From positions 8,891-72,890 of the forward strand of contig JAXKEA010000010.1 of assembly GCA_036551635.1 (NCBI GenBank): a stretch of DNA of 64,000 nucleotides, given 5' to 3'. This stretch comes from Collinsella sp. (GTDB lineage: Bacteria > Actinomycetota > Coriobacteriia > Coriobacteriales > Coriobacteriaceae). Below the pieces are notes generated by a model that was not told the origin of the DNA, made no database searches, and worked only from the letters and a program-made list of their open reading frames with translations. A program made the translations under genes and the position numbers. Within the stretch, counting starts at the first letter, position 1, and each line of letters begins with the position of its first letter. Shown piece by piece: positions 49,296 through 59,991 of this stretch.

Positions 49296-50261
49296 ATGGC
49301 TCAAAACGCACGTTCCCATCGAAAGCTCAAGATAGCCGGCATCGTTGCACTGGTGGTTGTCGTTGCGCTGCTCGGATTTGCCGGCAACTTTCTGTTTGAC
49401 TTCGCGCTGAATCCCCGCGCGCCATACACCATGAAGATGATGCAGGATAGCAAGAACGACAAAGAAGGTGAGCAGCCGGATGCCGAGGATACCGAGGCGC
49501 GGGCATGGTTTAAAGAGAACCGCGAGAGCAGGAGCCTCACCGCGGACGACGGGACCGAGCTTGCCGCCTGGTATTTTGCTGCGTCGGAGAGCACGCACGA
49601 CTACGCCGTCTGCCTGCATGGATATACCAACGAGCCCATCGGTATGGCCCGATACGTCAAGCGATTCCACGACCGCGGCATGAACGTACTCGCACCCGCC
49701 GCCCGCGCCCACGAGCGCTCCGGCGGCGACTATATCGGCATGGGCTGGCCCGAGCGCCTCGACATCGTCGCATGGATCGAGCGAATCGTTCAGGCTGACC
49801 CCGAGGCGCGCATCTTGGTCTTTGGCGAGTCGATGGGTGCGGCAACCGCCATGAACGTCGCGGGGGAACCTCTGCCCGCAAACGTGAAATGCATTATCGA
49901 GGACTGCGGTTATACAAGTGTTTGGGACGAGTTTTCCCTGCAGCTCAAGGACGTGTTCGGCCTGCCCAGCTTTCCCTTGCTCGATGTAGCAAACTTGGTG
50001 TGCAACGTGCGCGCGGGCTACGACTTTCATAAGGCGAGCAGTGTGGAGCAACTCAAACACGCGACAGTTCCCATGCTGTTTATCCACGGCGACCAGGACA
50101 CCTTTGTACCGTACAGTATGCTCAACCAAAACTACGACGCGTGCGCCAGCAAGGTCAAGCAAAAGCTCACCATCCATGGCGCCGCCCACGCCAAGAGTGC
50201 GCAAGTTGACCCCGAGCTCTACTGGAACACGATCGGCAACTTCCTCGACAAGAATTTTTAG
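49296..50261 (+). CDS. Membrane-anchored alpha/beta hydrolase (YqkD-like)
   Basis: N-terminal TM, LHGY, GESMG, IEDCGY, HGDQD, AAHA. Confidence 0.88.
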   Translation: MAQNARSHRKLKIAGIVALVVVVALLGFAGNFLFDFALNPRAPYTMKMMQDSKNDKEGEQPDAEDTEARAWFKENRESRSLTADDGTELAAWYFAASESTHDYAVCLHGYTNEPIGMARYVKRFHDRGMNVLAPAARAHERSGGDYIGMGWPERLDIVAWIERIVQADPEARILVFGESMGAATAMNVAGEPLPANVKCIIEDCGYTSVWDEFSLQLKDVFGLPSFPLLDVANLVCNVRAGYDFHKASSVEQLKHATVPMLFIHGDQDTFVPYSMLNQNYDACASKVKQKLTIHGAAHAKSAQVDPELYWNTIGNFLDKNF

Positions 50262-50307
50262 GCAAATAGTACGGTTTACTGGCCTATCTGACCCCCTAGC
50301 ACTTCCG

Positions 50308-50346
50308 AAAAGCCGCCCGTGGGCACTGTGCTCACGGGCGGCTTTT
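50308..50346. terminator. Bidirectional intrinsic terminator
   Basis: AAAAGCCGCCCGTG(G/A)GCAC stem ending GGCGGCTTTT, between convergent genes. Confidence 0.85.
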
Positions 50347-50394
50347 GCTAACAGTTGTGCTACAAAGGCGCTTGTTTTGTCTAATAGCTAGGTG

Positions 50395-51600
50395 CTACTT
50401 GACCTCGATGAGCTCGTACTTGCTCGTGCCCAGGCCGATCTTCTCGGCGTGCGCGATGCACACGCGCCAGTCGGTGTCGGGATGCGTGATGCAGAAGGGA
50501 TCCTTGGCCTGCTCGCCCTCCAGATGCTCGTGGTTGTGCTCCATCTTGGCCGCGCTATCGGTGAGCTCGGTGTTGGGCAGCGGCTCAGACGCCATGACGG
50601 CGTCGGCGCAGGCCTGGTCGATGGCGACCGGGTCGAAGCTCGCGAACATGCCGATGTCGTTGACGATAGGCGTATCGTTTTCGGGATGGCAGTCGCAGTT
50701 GGGACTGATGTCCATGGCAAGCGAGATGTGGAAGCTCGGGCGGCCGTCGACGACGGCCTTCGTATACTCGGCGATCTTGCAGTTGAGCACGTCGGCCGCG
50801 GCCTCATAACCGGGCTTGATGCAGTCCTGGTTGCATGCCGCAATGCAGCGTCCGCAGCCCACGCAGCGATCGTGGTCGATGGCAGCCACGTGCACCGTGC
50901 GAGTAGCGCCGCTGGCAAGCTCGCGCTCGCGGGTGCCGTCGAACGAGATAGCGTTGTGCGCGCAGATCTTTTCGCAGGCATGGCAGCCAACGCAGTGCTC
51001 GGTCGCGACGTTCGGCTTGCCGGCGGCATGCTGCTCCATCTTGCCGGCACGGCTGCCGCCTCCCATGCCCAGGTTCTTCATGGCGCCGCCAAAACCGGCC
51101 TGCTCATGGCCCTTAAAGTGGGTGAGGCTGATCACGATATCGGCATCCATGAGCGCCTGACCGATCTTGGCCTCGTGCACGTACTCGCCGCCCTCGACCG
51201 GGACGAGCGCCTCGTCGGTGCCCTTGAGGCCGTCGGCAATGATGATCTGGCAACCCGTAGCATACGGGGTAAAGCCGTTCTGGTAGGCGGTATCAATGTG
51301 CTCGAGCGCGTTTTTGCGGCTACCGACATAGAGCGTATTGCAGTCGGTGAGGAAGGGCTTGCCGCCCAGCTCCTTCACGACGTCCGCGACGGCGCGGGCG
51401 TAGTTGGGGCGCAAAAAGCTCAGGTTGCCCAGCTCGCCAAAGTGAATCTTGATGGCGACGAACTTGTTCTCAAAGTCGATCTGCTCGATACCGGCGTGAC
51501 GGATGAGGCGCTTGAGCTTGTCGAGCTGGCTCTCGCGAGCATGCGTGCGCAGGTTGGTGAAGTACACCTTAGCGGGTGCTGCGGGTGCAGTTGCGGTCAT
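50395..51600 (-). CDS. DUF362 protein with a 2x[4Fe-4S] ferredoxin insert
   Basis: AIKIHFGE.GN, HFKGH..GFGGAMKNLGMG, CVGCHAC..C and CVGCGRC..C, DPVAIDQAC. Confidence 0.88.
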   Translation of the reverse strand: MTATAPAAPAKVYFTNLRTHARESQLDKLKRLIRHAGIEQIDFENKFVAIKIHFGELGNLSFLRPNYARAVADVVKELGGKPFLTDCNTLYVGSRKNALEHIDTAYQNGFTPYATGCQIIIADGLKGTDEALVPVEGGEYVHEAKIGQALMDADIVISLTHFKGHEQAGFGGAMKNLGMGGGSRAGKMEQHAAGKPNVATEHCVGCHACEKICAHNAISFDGTRERELASGATRTVHVAAIDHDRCVGCGRCIAACNQDCIKPGYEAAADVLNCKIAEYTKAVVDGRPSFHISLAMDISPNCDCHPENDTPIVNDIGMFASFDPVAIDQACADAVMASEPLPNTELTDSAAKMEHNHEHLEGEQAKDPFCITHPDTDWRVCIAHAEKIGLGTSKYELIEVK

Positions 51601-51683
51601 AGATCTATCCCCTCGGTCTATATGGCGTTACAGACATAAGAGGATGGTACCAGTTAAAGCAGAGTTAAAGTCAAGTACGGCAC

Positions 51684-51714
51684 CTAGTCATTGGGGACGT
51701 TCTTAAATGACTAC
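51684..51714. repeat. GTAG-tagged REP-like copy that supplies the stop codon of the permease gene
   Basis: Minus strand reads GTAGTCATTTAAGAACGTCCCCAATGACTAG. Confidence 0.85.
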
Positions 51715-54377
51715 TCCTGCACCTTGAGGGCTTCGGCCAGGCTGACGCGCTTGATGGAGCGCGTGTGCAGCAGTGCCACGACCAGGTAGGTCGCAAAGCC
51801 AATGCCGACGCATGCAGCCATAGACCAAGCGGGCACGTAGATCTCGATATTGCCGTTGTAGGCGAGCAGCATCGAGCGGAAGATGGCCGTGAGCGAGCCA
51901 ATAATGACCGGCAGGCCCAGCACGAGCGACGCCGCCACGCACAGCGTGATCGAGCGGATGTACAGATGCGAGATCTCGCTATCGCGATAGCCAAAGACTT
52001 TCATGTAGCTGATCGAACGGGCGCTGTGGTCGATCACCGCCTTGGTCAGCAGGTACATAAACAGCAGGAAGATAAACACCGCGAGCCCGATCATCATTCC
52101 GATCATTTTGCTCATCATGCCGATGAACTGGTCGCCCACGGCCCGCATGTCGTCGGGCGTGGTGTCGCCGGCAAAGTAACGAGCATCGAGGTCGAGCTTC
52201 TCGTCGCTCACATAGCCGTTAAAGTAGGCGGCGTCGTTGCCGAACAGCTCGTTAAAGTCGTCGATACTCATATAGATATTCATGTCCGACTTGGAGCCCC
52301 AGGCACAGTCCTTGCCCGCGTACTCAAGGGAATAATGCTCCCCCTCGTACTTGTCGATGAGCGTGACCTTCTGGCCCTCGCTCCAGCCAAATTTGTCGAG
52401 CAGGCCGCCGCCAAAGACGACACGCCCATCGCCAACGTTGAGGTCTTTCCAATAGCGCGAATCGGGCGGGATGCCGTAGACGAAAATCGTCTCCTCGCCA
52501 TTACCATCGCCGCGGTCGTATTGCAGCTGGTAAACGGCATATTTCTCGGCCTGCGCGATTGCGCCTGCACCGTTGTCGATCGTGTTGACCGGGTGGATAT
52601 CATCGTTGTCGGTGTCGATCTTAGAGGCCTTGTCGATCAGGTCGATAGCCTCGCCGCGGTCGCAGCCGAGGGCATCGGCAAGATCGTCAAGGCGCGCGTA
52701 GAGCGCATCCTTCTTGTCCTGGACCTTGGCAAGCGCATCCTGCGCTGCGGCCAGGCTCTCGGCAGACGGAGATGCGGTCGCGGCATCGGCTGCCGTCTGC
52801 GCTGTATCGGCCGCGTCGTCAAGCTCGTCATCGGCATCCTGGGCGGCGGTGAGGAGTGCGCCGTCAACCGACTGCAAGCGCTCGAGTGCCGACCACTGCT
52901 CTCGCTCCTCGGCAGTGCCCTCGAGCTCCAGCGGCGCCTTGAGCGTGTACTGGTGCTCGGCGACCAGGCCTGTCTCGAGGTTGTCGGCGTAGTGCGTCAT
53001 CGTGGGCAGAATCGCCAGGCCAAAGAGCATCAGCAGCGAGGCAAACGCAATACCCACGAAAAGCGTGGCGAAGTTGCCCAGGTTGCGCAGGAAGATACGC
53101 AGGCGGAAGCGGGAAACAAAGCCCATGCGCTCCGGCAGCTGCAGGCCGCGCTTGGTGCCCGATTTGCCGCTCGCTTCGTGACGAAGAAACTGCAACGACG
53201 TCTTGCCCATTTTGCGAAGCAGGCCCACCAGCGTGATGAGGACGAGCGCGGCGGCGGGAACTACGGCGCACTTCACAAAGATCTCCCAGCTCCAGTACAC
53301 CTGGAAGGGCGGCAGGCTATACGAACCGTAATAGAGGCTGCGCATGGGCTCGGTAAAGAACACAACGCCGAGCGCAGTGCCCAAAAGCGCCGCGACCACG
53401 CCCACGATAGCGGGAAGCGCAAGGTAGTGCAGCACGATCTCGCGTCGACGATAGCCGCTGGCGAGCAGCGCGCCGATGATGGCGCTCTCCTCCTCGATGG
53501 TGGCGTCGGTAAGGACCACAAAGACAAACGCCATGATCACGATGATGATGTCGAGCAGCGTCATCCACATCATGGAGTCGCCGTCCACGTCATCGCGCGC
53601 ATAGCCAATGCCCTGATTGGAATCGGCATCGACCAGATCGTCCACGCGCGCATCGGCATCGGTCAGCGCCTCGACCATATCCTGCTCCGCATCGATGCGA
53701 TCCGCGGTGGGGAGGTCGCGATCGGTAAAGGTAAAGGAGTAGGTGTAGGCAGGCGCGCCGCCGGCATCCTCGAGCGCGGCAAAGCCGGCGTCGGTGACCT
53801 CGGCCACGCCATAGGTGATGGTGTTCACCGTAAAGTCCGAATTGTTGAGGAACAGCGCCTGGCTATCGGGCTGAGTCATGATGCCGCAGATGATGTAGGT
53901 GCGGCCCTCGAGCTCGACTTTATCGCCCACGGACAGGTTGTTATTGGTGGCAAAGACACGGTCGATGGCCACCTCGTCGTCCGCCTTGGGTTCCTTGCCC
54001 TCACAGTAGGACGCAATGTCCACCTTAGCACGGTGTGCATAGGTGCGCAGCGTGCGCTTGGTGCCATCGTCGCCGGCGGTCTTTTTGATGATGGCGTCGA
54101 TGGAGAAATTCTTGTAGAGCGTGACGCCGCCGACGTCGCCGGCTGCATCCTCGGCGGCCTTGAGTTGATCGTCGGTAACCTCGAAGGAGGTGGTCACGCG
54201 GCCGTCCTCAATCGTGTACGCATCGCGCATGTCGTCGATAAGGCAGCCGATGGAATGCGCTGCGAGCAAAAAGCCCGAGGTGAGGGCGATGCTTCCGCAC
54301 ATAAGAAGAAAGATGCCCAGGTACTTGCCGATATTGCGGCGCAGCTCGCGCGGGAGACGTTTTGCGAGAGGCGTCAT
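51711..54377 (-). CDS. ABC transporter permease, double FtsX domain
   Basis: Two FtsX modules (EE..IGALLASGY; ISYMKVFGY) and an Ala/Asp-rich helical insert. Confidence 0.88.
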   Translation of the reverse strand: MTPLAKRLPRELRRNIGKYLGIFLLMCGSIALTSGFLLAAHSIGCLIDDMRDAYTIEDGRVTTSFEVTDDQLKAAEDAAGDVGGVTLYKNFSIDAIIKKTAGDDGTKRTLRTYAHRAKVDIASYCEGKEPKADDEVAIDRVFATNNNLSVGDKVELEGRTYIICGIMTQPDSQALFLNNSDFTVNTITYGVAEVTDAGFAALEDAGGAPAYTYSFTFTDRDLPTADRIDAEQDMVEALTDADARVDDLVDADSNQGIGYARDDVDGDSMMWMTLLDIIIVIMAFVFVVLTDATIEEESAIIGALLASGYRRREIVLHYLALPAIVGVVAALLGTALGVVFFTEPMRSLYYGSYSLPPFQVYWSWEIFVKCAVVPAAALVLITLVGLLRKMGKTSLQFLRHEASGKSGTKRGLQLPERMGFVSRFRLRIFLRNLGNFATLFVGIAFASLLMLFGLAILPTMTHYADNLETGLVAEHQYTLKAPLELEGTAEEREQWSALERLQSVDGALLTAAQDADDELDDAADTAQTAADAATASPSAESLAAAQDALAKVQDKKDALYARLDDLADALGCDRGEAIDLIDKASKIDTDNDDIHPVNTIDNGAGAIAQAEKYAVYQLQYDRGDGNGEETIFVYGIPPDSRYWKDLNVGDGRVVFGGGLLDKFGWSEGQKVTLIDKYEGEHYSLEYAGKDCAWGSKSDMNIYMSIDDFNELFGNDAAYFNGYVSDEKLDLDARYFAGDTTPDDMRAVGDQFIGMMSKMIGMMIGLAVFIFLLFMYLLTKAVIDHSARSISYMKVFGYRDSEISHLYIRSITLCVAASLVLGLPVIIGSLTAIFRSMLLAYNGNIEIYVPAWSMAACVGIGFATYLVVALLHTRSIKRVSLAEALKVQE

Positions 54378-54385
54378 GGCGCCGC

Positions 54386-55099
54386 CTACCAATCGAGCTC
54401 GGCGGCCGCGACGGGCGACTCGTTGAGCTCATCCTCGACGATGCGTCCGTCGCGCAGGCGCAGCACGCGGTTGGCCATGCGGGCGATGGCGGCGTTGTGC
54501 GTGACGATGATGATGGTGCAGCCGTAGGTGCGGTTGACATCCTCCATGAGCTGCAAGATTTCCTTGGACGTCTTATAGTCGAGCGCACCGGTGGGCTCGT
54601 CGCACAGCAGCAGGCCCGGGTTTTTGACGAGCGCACGGCCGATGGCGCAGCGCTGCTGCTGGCCGCCCGAAACCTGGCGCGGGAACTTGTTGCGGTGCTC
54701 GTAGAGACCCAGCGAACGCAGCAGGTCGTCGATGTTGAGCGGCTTTTTGGACAGGTGTGCCGTGACCTCGATGTTTTCCTTGATGGTGAGATCGGGCACC
54801 AGGTTGTAGAACTGGAAGACAAAGCCCAGCTCACGGCGGCGATACTCGCCCAGGTCGGTAGGTTTGAGCACCGTGAGGTCGCAGCCGTCCACCAAAATAG
54901 AGCCAGCGTCGGCATCCTCCAGGCCGCCGATCAGGTTAAGAAACGTCGACTTGCCCGAGCCCGAGGGCCCCAGCATGACGCAGATCTCGCCTCGGTTGAT
55001 GGACGTGTCGATGCCATCGAGTACCGTCAGGCGCGCATCACCGTCGCCGTAGTGCTTTTTGAGATCCTTAACCTGGACGTAGGCTTCCTGCGTTGCCAT
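54386..55099 (-). CDS. ABC transporter ATP-binding protein (LolD/MacB type)
   Basis: [30 protein letters not shown]. Confidence 0.95.
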   Translation of the reverse strand: MATQEAYVQVKDLKKHYGDGDARLTVLDGIDTSINRGEICVMLGPSGSGKSTFLNLIGGLEDADAGSILVDGCDLTVLKPTDLGEYRRRELGFVFQFYNLVPDLTIKENIEVTAHLSKKPLNIDDLLRSLGLYEHRNKFPRQVSGGQQQRCAIGRALVKNPGLLLCDEPTGALDYKTSKEILQLMEDVNRTYGCTIIIVTHNAAIARMANRVLRLRDGRIVEDELNESPVAAAELDW

Positions 55100-55192
55100 G
55101 GTATCCCCCATTGTTAGCCTAGTACTACTTTATGAACGTAATAGTAAACCTTGGCGAACTATTTTGGGGCGAGAGTGGGGATTTGTTTCAGA

Positions 55193-55315
55193 CTAGTCAT
55201 TGGGGACGTTCTTAAATGACCAGTCACAAGGGACGCTCTTTCGCCACCCGGCAGTTGGGGACGCTCCTTATCTGCCCCCGATGGCTAGTCATTTAAGTCT
55301 GTCCCCAATGAGTAG
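55193..55315. repeat. Cluster of four GGGAC-core REP-like units; the outer two are inverted
   Basis: CTAGTCATTGGGGACGTTCTTAAATGAC ... CTAGTCATTTAAGTCTGTCCCCAATGAGTAG. Confidence 0.85.
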
Positions 55316-55319
55316 GTGT

Positions 55320-56525
55320 CTAGGCGTGGGATTTGTTGTGGGCGAGGGCTAGGCCTACGGCGGCGATGGCCGCGGCAAAGAGCACTGTGACGCCCAGATC
55401 GCAAGCGATGTCGCCCAGCACGGTGGACGTCAGGTCCGCGGCGAGCGCCTTGCCAATCGCGTCGTTCACCCAATACGTCGGCACAAAATGCGCCGCGGTC
55501 TGCACGGCTGGGCCCATCAGCGACAGCGGCATCCAGGCGCCGCCCAAAAACGTCATGAGCATGCCGAGCAGGTTGCCCACACCGTTGAGCAGCTCCTCAC
55601 GCGCACCCAGGCTCGAAAGGGCAAAGCCAACGGCCAGAGGCGTGCACGCCAGGGCAAACGTCGCCGCCAGCGCCAGGCACACACGACCCACGCCGACCTC
55701 GGCAACCGCGCCGGCAAAGCCCACGACGCCCATCATGCTCGACACAAACCAGATGCAGACGGTGATCACAGTGGCGGCCGCAAACACGGCGAGCGAACGC
55801 CGGCGCTCGGAGATTGGGCCGGCATCCATACGACGCACGCGCTCGGGCTCGTTCATGCCCGAGAACACCAGCCCCACCGATACGATGACCGACGAGATAA
55901 TCGCGTACGCGCCAAAGTTGAAATACGACTTGAGCATGGCGGCGGCAGTCGAACCAACCTTGACCTGCTCAATCTGGACCTCGGCGCGCTTGGCGGCGGC
56001 ATGCTCGGCGGCCTTGGCGACGCTACCATTAGAGGCGGCGGGCTCTAGGGCCGCTGCAGCGCCCGCGAGCGAAATCCAGCGCGAGGCCTCAGCAGACGAA
56101 AGCGCCGCCGCCATGGTGCCGGCACCGTAGGTCACATCGAGCTTGGGCAGGGACTTCCCCGCATGGGCGGCTGCAACGAGGTCGTCCTCAAACCCCTCCG
56201 GGATAAAGAACACGCAGTCGGCGCTGCCCTTGGCGCTGTTGCTCTTGGAGAGCGCGTCCGCGAGGTCGTAGGTGCCGTCGCCGACGCCCGTGACCAGCTC
56301 AAAGCGCGAACCCAGGTGCTTGGTGAGCGCATGCGAAAGGTCGCTGTCGTCGCGGTCGACCACGATCACGTTGGCATCGTAGGGCTCGTACTCGGTGAGC
56401 TGCGACGAGTTCCAGCTCACCGATGCCGCGATGAATACGCCCATGAGCGAGATGAACACCGTATAGATGAGCAGGTAGAACGGGTGCGCCAGCGCCATGC
56501 GAAGCGCAGTCTTAAAGGTGCTCAT
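55320..56525 (-). CDS. ABC-2 type exporter permease
   Basis: One N-terminal TM, VVDRD extracellular domain, five C-terminal TMs with FLGGAWMP and PTYW. Confidence 0.88.
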   Translation of the reverse strand: MSTFKTALRMALAHPFYLLIYTVFISLMGVFIAASVSWNSSQLTEYEPYDANVIVVDRDDSDLSHALTKHLGSRFELVTGVGDGTYDLADALSKSNSAKGSADCVFFIPEGFEDDLVAAAHAGKSLPKLDVTYGAGTMAAALSSAEASRWISLAGAAAALEPAASNGSVAKAAEHAAAKRAEVQIEQVKVGSTAAAMLKSYFNFGAYAIISSVIVSVGLVFSGMNEPERVRRMDAGPISERRRSLAVFAAATVITVCIWFVSSMMGVVGFAGAVAEVGVGRVCLALAATFALACTPLAVGFALSSLGAREELLNGVGNLLGMLMTFLGGAWMPLSLMGPAVQTAAHFVPTYWVNDAIGKALAADLTSTVLGDIACDLGVTVLFAAAIAAVGLALAHNKSHA

Positions 56526-57699
56526 AGCGGCTCCTTCCAAAGGTCAGCGTGGCGGCGGCAACGAACAGCAGCGCCATAAGGACCAGCGCGCCGGCGCGAA
56601 CGACAAAGGGGCCCAGGTTCTCAAAGAAATACAGGCGGTTGAACATGTCGCAGATGAGCTTGACGGGGTTGAGCCAGCACTCGGCCGGGCAGGCGCGGGC
56701 GACGTCGTCGGCAAGCGCCATCGCCGGCTCGCCGTAGAGGCCGGCGAACAGGGCGCACGTGGTAGCAAAGCCCGTGAGGATGCCGGACTTGGACGCCTTG
56801 CCGCCCTTAACGGGAAGCGTGCCCACAAAAAGGCCCAAGCCCGTGGCGGCAAGCGCGGAAGCGGCGCCACCCACCAGACACAGCCCCTCGCGCCCGCCAA
56901 AGTCGACGCCCACGACCAGGCGCACGTAGCCGATCGCGATCGTCATCGAGGCAAAGGAGACCAGCCACGAGCCGACAAAGATGCCGGTCAGCGATGCCGT
57001 CTTGGAAAGACCGCCCACACAGCGACGTGCGCCAAGGCCCGACAGATTGGGCTGCAGGTCGACGACGCTCAAGGCGGCAAACTCCGCAGACATCATCGCG
57101 ACCAGGCCAAAAAGCGCGTAATAGTAGACGACCGTGCCATCGGGCGTGGTGCGTGTCAGGCTTACGCGGCGGGTACCGCCCTCGAGCGATAGAGCGCGCG
57201 CAACCGCCTCCGGGTCGGCGAGCGCCGCCGGGTTGTCCTGGGCAATCTGGGACATGAGCTCGGCATTTTGTGTATACGAGCTTGCCACCGTCTCCAGAAT
57301 ACTGCGGTCGGTGAGCACCGACGTCGCACGCGAGCTGCCATAGCTCGAAAGCAACGTGAGTTTGGGCGTGCCCGCATCGTCGACCGCATAGATGCCCGCG
57401 ACCTCGCCGGCCTTAAGCGCACGGTTCGCATCGGCTGCGTCGTCGAGCTCGTGGATCTCGAGCAGCTGATCGCCGCCTTCCTTGGCAAGCGACGTCGCCA
57501 CGCCCTTAAAGGTCGAAGCGTCCCAAGCCTCGTCCGCCACGACGGCCACCGGCACCGGGTCGACCGTGCCGTCGGAGCTGAGGTTCGCAAACATAAACAT
57601 GAACATCGTGGAAAGTACGATGGGAAAGAGAGCGCCCCAGACCCACGTGCTCGGCCGGCGCAGCAGCGTCTTGACCGTAGTGATGATGGTGTTGAACAT
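56512..57699 (-). CDS. ABC-2 type exporter permease
   Basis: WGALFPIVLSTMF, YYYALF, FAGLYG, NP motifs. Confidence 0.88.
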   Translation of the reverse strand: MFNTIITTVKTLLRRPSTWVWGALFPIVLSTMFMFMFANLSSDGTVDPVPVAVVADEAWDASTFKGVATSLAKEGGDQLLEIHELDDAADANRALKAGEVAGIYAVDDAGTPKLTLLSSYGSSRATSVLTDRSILETVASSYTQNAELMSQIAQDNPAALADPEAVARALSLEGGTRRVSLTRTTPDGTVVYYYALFGLVAMMSAEFAALSVVDLQPNLSGLGARRCVGGLSKTASLTGIFVGSWLVSFASMTIAIGYVRLVVGVDFGGREGLCLVGGAASALAATGLGLFVGTLPVKGGKASKSGILTGFATTCALFAGLYGEPAMALADDVARACPAECWLNPVKLICDMFNRLYFFENLGPFVVRAGALVLMALLFVAAATLTFGRSRYEHL

Positions 57700-57708
57700 G
57701 ACTGCCCC

Positions 57709-58647
57709 CTAGTCGCGCAGCTCGCGGCCGGTGATCTCGAGGAACACGTCGTTGAGGGTCGGTGGCTCGCTCCACACGCGGCCGAGCGCCACATCGGCGG
57801 CGCGCAGCGTGTCGAGGATGTCGACCAAATTGTGCGGGCTCGCTTCGCAGGTGCAGACGATCTCGCCGCCGGACAGCTCAACCGAAAGCACGTGCTCGAG
57901 GGCGCGCAGCCGCTCGACCGTGGCGGTCTCTACGGCGCCAACCTCGACAGTCACGCGCTCGCCCATCTGAATCATGCGCTTGAGCTCGTCGTTGGTGCCC
58001 TGCGCCAGCACGCGCCCGCCGTCCATGATCATGATGCGGCTGCAGATTTGCTCGACTTCCTCCATGTAATGGCTGGTATACACCACTGTGGCGCCCTCGT
58101 CGCGCAAGCGGCAGATGCCCTCCAGGATGGCGTTGCGGCTCTGTGGGTCGACCGCCACCGTGGGCTCGTCAAAGAAGATGAGCTCGGGCTTGTGCGCGAT
58201 ACCGCAGGCGATGTTGAGGCGACGTGCCAGGCCGCCCGAGAGCTTGCCGGGGCGGAACTTGGCAAAGTCGCCCAGCCCGACAAAGTCGATCGCCTCGTTC
58301 ACCAGCGCGCGGCGGTGCTTGCGGTCGTTGACGTAGAGGCTGCAGAAATAGTCGATGTTCTCGCGCACCGTGAGCTCGTCAAACACCGCCACCTGCTGCG
58401 GCACCACGCCGATGCGGCGCTTGAGGTCGTAGCGGGCGGGCGTCATGGGTTCGCCGAACAGCTCAATGGTGCCTTTGTCGTAGGCAAGCAGCTGCAAAAT
58501 GCAGTTGATGGACGTGGTCTTGCCCGAGCCGTTGGGGCCCAGCAGGCCAAAGATCTCGCCGGGGGCGATGCTCAGGTTAAAGTGGTCGAGCGCAATAAGG
58601 TCGTCATAGCGCTTGACGAGGTTTTCGACGTGAACGATGTCTGTCAT
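57709..58647 (-). CDS. ABC exporter ATP-binding protein (LnrL/SagG-like)
   Basis: GPNGSGKT, LSGG..RRLNIACG, DEPTVAVDPQSR, YTSHYMEE. Confidence 0.93.
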   Translation of the reverse strand: MTDIVHVENLVKRYDDLIALDHFNLSIAPGEIFGLLGPNGSGKTTSINCILQLLAYDKGTIELFGEPMTPARYDLKRRIGVVPQQVAVFDELTVRENIDYFCSLYVNDRKHRRALVNEAIDFVGLGDFAKFRPGKLSGGLARRLNIACGIAHKPELIFFDEPTVAVDPQSRNAILEGICRLRDEGATVVYTSHYMEEVEQICSRIMIMDGGRVLAQGTNDELKRMIQMGERVTVEVGAVETATVERLRALEHVLSVELSGGEIVCTCEASPHNLVDILDTLRAADVALGRVWSEPPTLNDVFLEITGRELRD

Positions 58648-58715
58648 GAGGCGGCCCTTCCGTTGATTGCGGCCCGGTACGATTGCATCATCGCAGGAGC
58701 CGTCGGCGCGCACCA

Positions 58716-58794
58716 GTGAGCTTTGTCACGAGTGCGGGGTCTTTGTCGTGCGGCCTGCCGACGCCCCCGCTTTGCTGCGCGGGAGGAATGTCAC
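58716..58794. promoter_or_regulatory. Candidate NarL-type response-regulator boxes between the ABC operon and the two-component system
   Basis: GTGAGCTTTGTCAC (58716), GGGGTCTTTGTCGT (58736), GGGAGGAATGTCAC (58781). Confidence 0.55.
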
Positions 58795-58845
58795 GGTTGC
58801 GCAGGCGGCCCCTCCACCATGCGCGGCTTCGCGTACAATACCCGT

Positions 58846-59991
58846 ATGAACAGGCTTTTCGACAAATCGATCGTGCTGGCGTGCTGTATTGCGGCCGCCA
58901 TGGGTCTTGCTGTGGATGCCCGCATGGTCGCGGCGTTTTGCCTTGGCGTTATTGCCACCTCGCTGGCCGAGGTCGCACAGGAGGAACACGCGCGCCGCGC
59001 AAGCGAGGCCGCGAGCTACGTCTACATCATCGCGGCCGTCTTCATACCGCCGTTTGTGCCGTTTGCGCCTCTCGCTCTCTATGACATCGCGCGGCGCGTG
59101 CGCCGTGAGCACGCCTGGGTCGCGCTGGGCATTGGCTCCGTCTTTGCCCTTGCGCTCGTCGTGGACCTTCGCACCGACGCGCTCACCGCCCGAACGCTTC
59201 TGCTGACCGCCATCCTTTCGGTTGCCGCCACCTTGCTATCGCTACGTACCGCCCAGCTGGAGCGCGAGCAGCAGCGCATGCGCCATACCCGCGACGAACT
59301 GCAGGAACGAGCCCTCGCGCTCGAGGCGCGCAACCGTGATCTTGCCGATCGCCAGGACTACGAAGTCGAGCTCGCGACGCTCGCCGAACGCGCCCGCATC
59401 GCGCGCGAGATCCACGATAACGTCGGGCACCAGCTCACGCGTGCCTCACTGCAGGCCGAAGCCTTGCGCGTGGTCTACGCCGCCGAGCCCGGCGTCGCCG
59501 CCGATTTCGCCGACGTCAAACGCACGGTTGACGAGGCGCTCCAGCTTGTGCGCACCAGCGTCCACGCGCTCAACGACAACGCCGTCGACCTTTCCGTGCA
59601 GCTCGAACGCATTGTTGAAGGCGCGCGCTCGGACGGCGGCCCGCAGATTGAGCTTGAAGTTTTGGCCGAGCATGCACCCGCCAACGTCGCCAACTGCTTT
59701 GCGGCGGTGCTGCGCGAGGCGCTTTCCAACGCCATGCGCCACGCTTGCGCCCAGACCGTCACCGTACGATGCATGGAGCATCCGTCGTTTTACCAGCTCA
59801 TCGTTACCGATGATGGCGCGGACGCGACCCCGGCGAGCAGCAGCAACGTCGTAGAAGGCATGGGGCTCGCCTCCATGCGCGAGCGCGTCGAGGCGCTTGG
59901 CGGAACCTTCACCGCCGGCCTGCGCGCCGGCGCCCCCGGCTGGCGCGTGTTTGCCACCGTCCCCAAACAGCAAGGAGATGAGGACCGATGA
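58846..59991 (+). CDS. Intramembrane-sensing histidine kinase (HisKA_3)
   Basis: ERARIAREIHDNVGH, EALSNAMRH, DDG, GMGLASMRER. TACAAT 6 nt before ATG 58846 suggests a leaderless start. Confidence 0.92.
   Translation: MNRLFDKSIVLACCIAAAMGLAVDARMVAAFCLGVIATSLAEVAQEEHARRASEAASYVYIIAAVFIPPFVPFAPLALYDIARRVRREHAWVALGIGSVFALALVVDLRTDALTARTLLLTAILSVAATLLSLRTAQLEREQQRMRHTRDELQERALALEARNRDLADRQDYEVELATLAERARIAREIHDNVGHQLTRASLQAEALRVVYAAEPGVAADFADVKRTVDEALQLVRTSVHALNDNAVDLSVQLERIVEGARSDGGPQIELEVLAEHAPANVANCFAAVLREALSNAMRHACAQTVTVRCMEHPSFYQLIVTDDGADATPASSSNVVEGMGLASMRERVEALGGTFTAGLRAGAPGWRVFATVPKQQGDEDR

Noticed and set aside
55118..55150. GntR/YtrA-type operator upstream of the ABC ATPase
   Set aside because: The TACTA..TAGTA symmetry is weak and no such regulator lies in the window.
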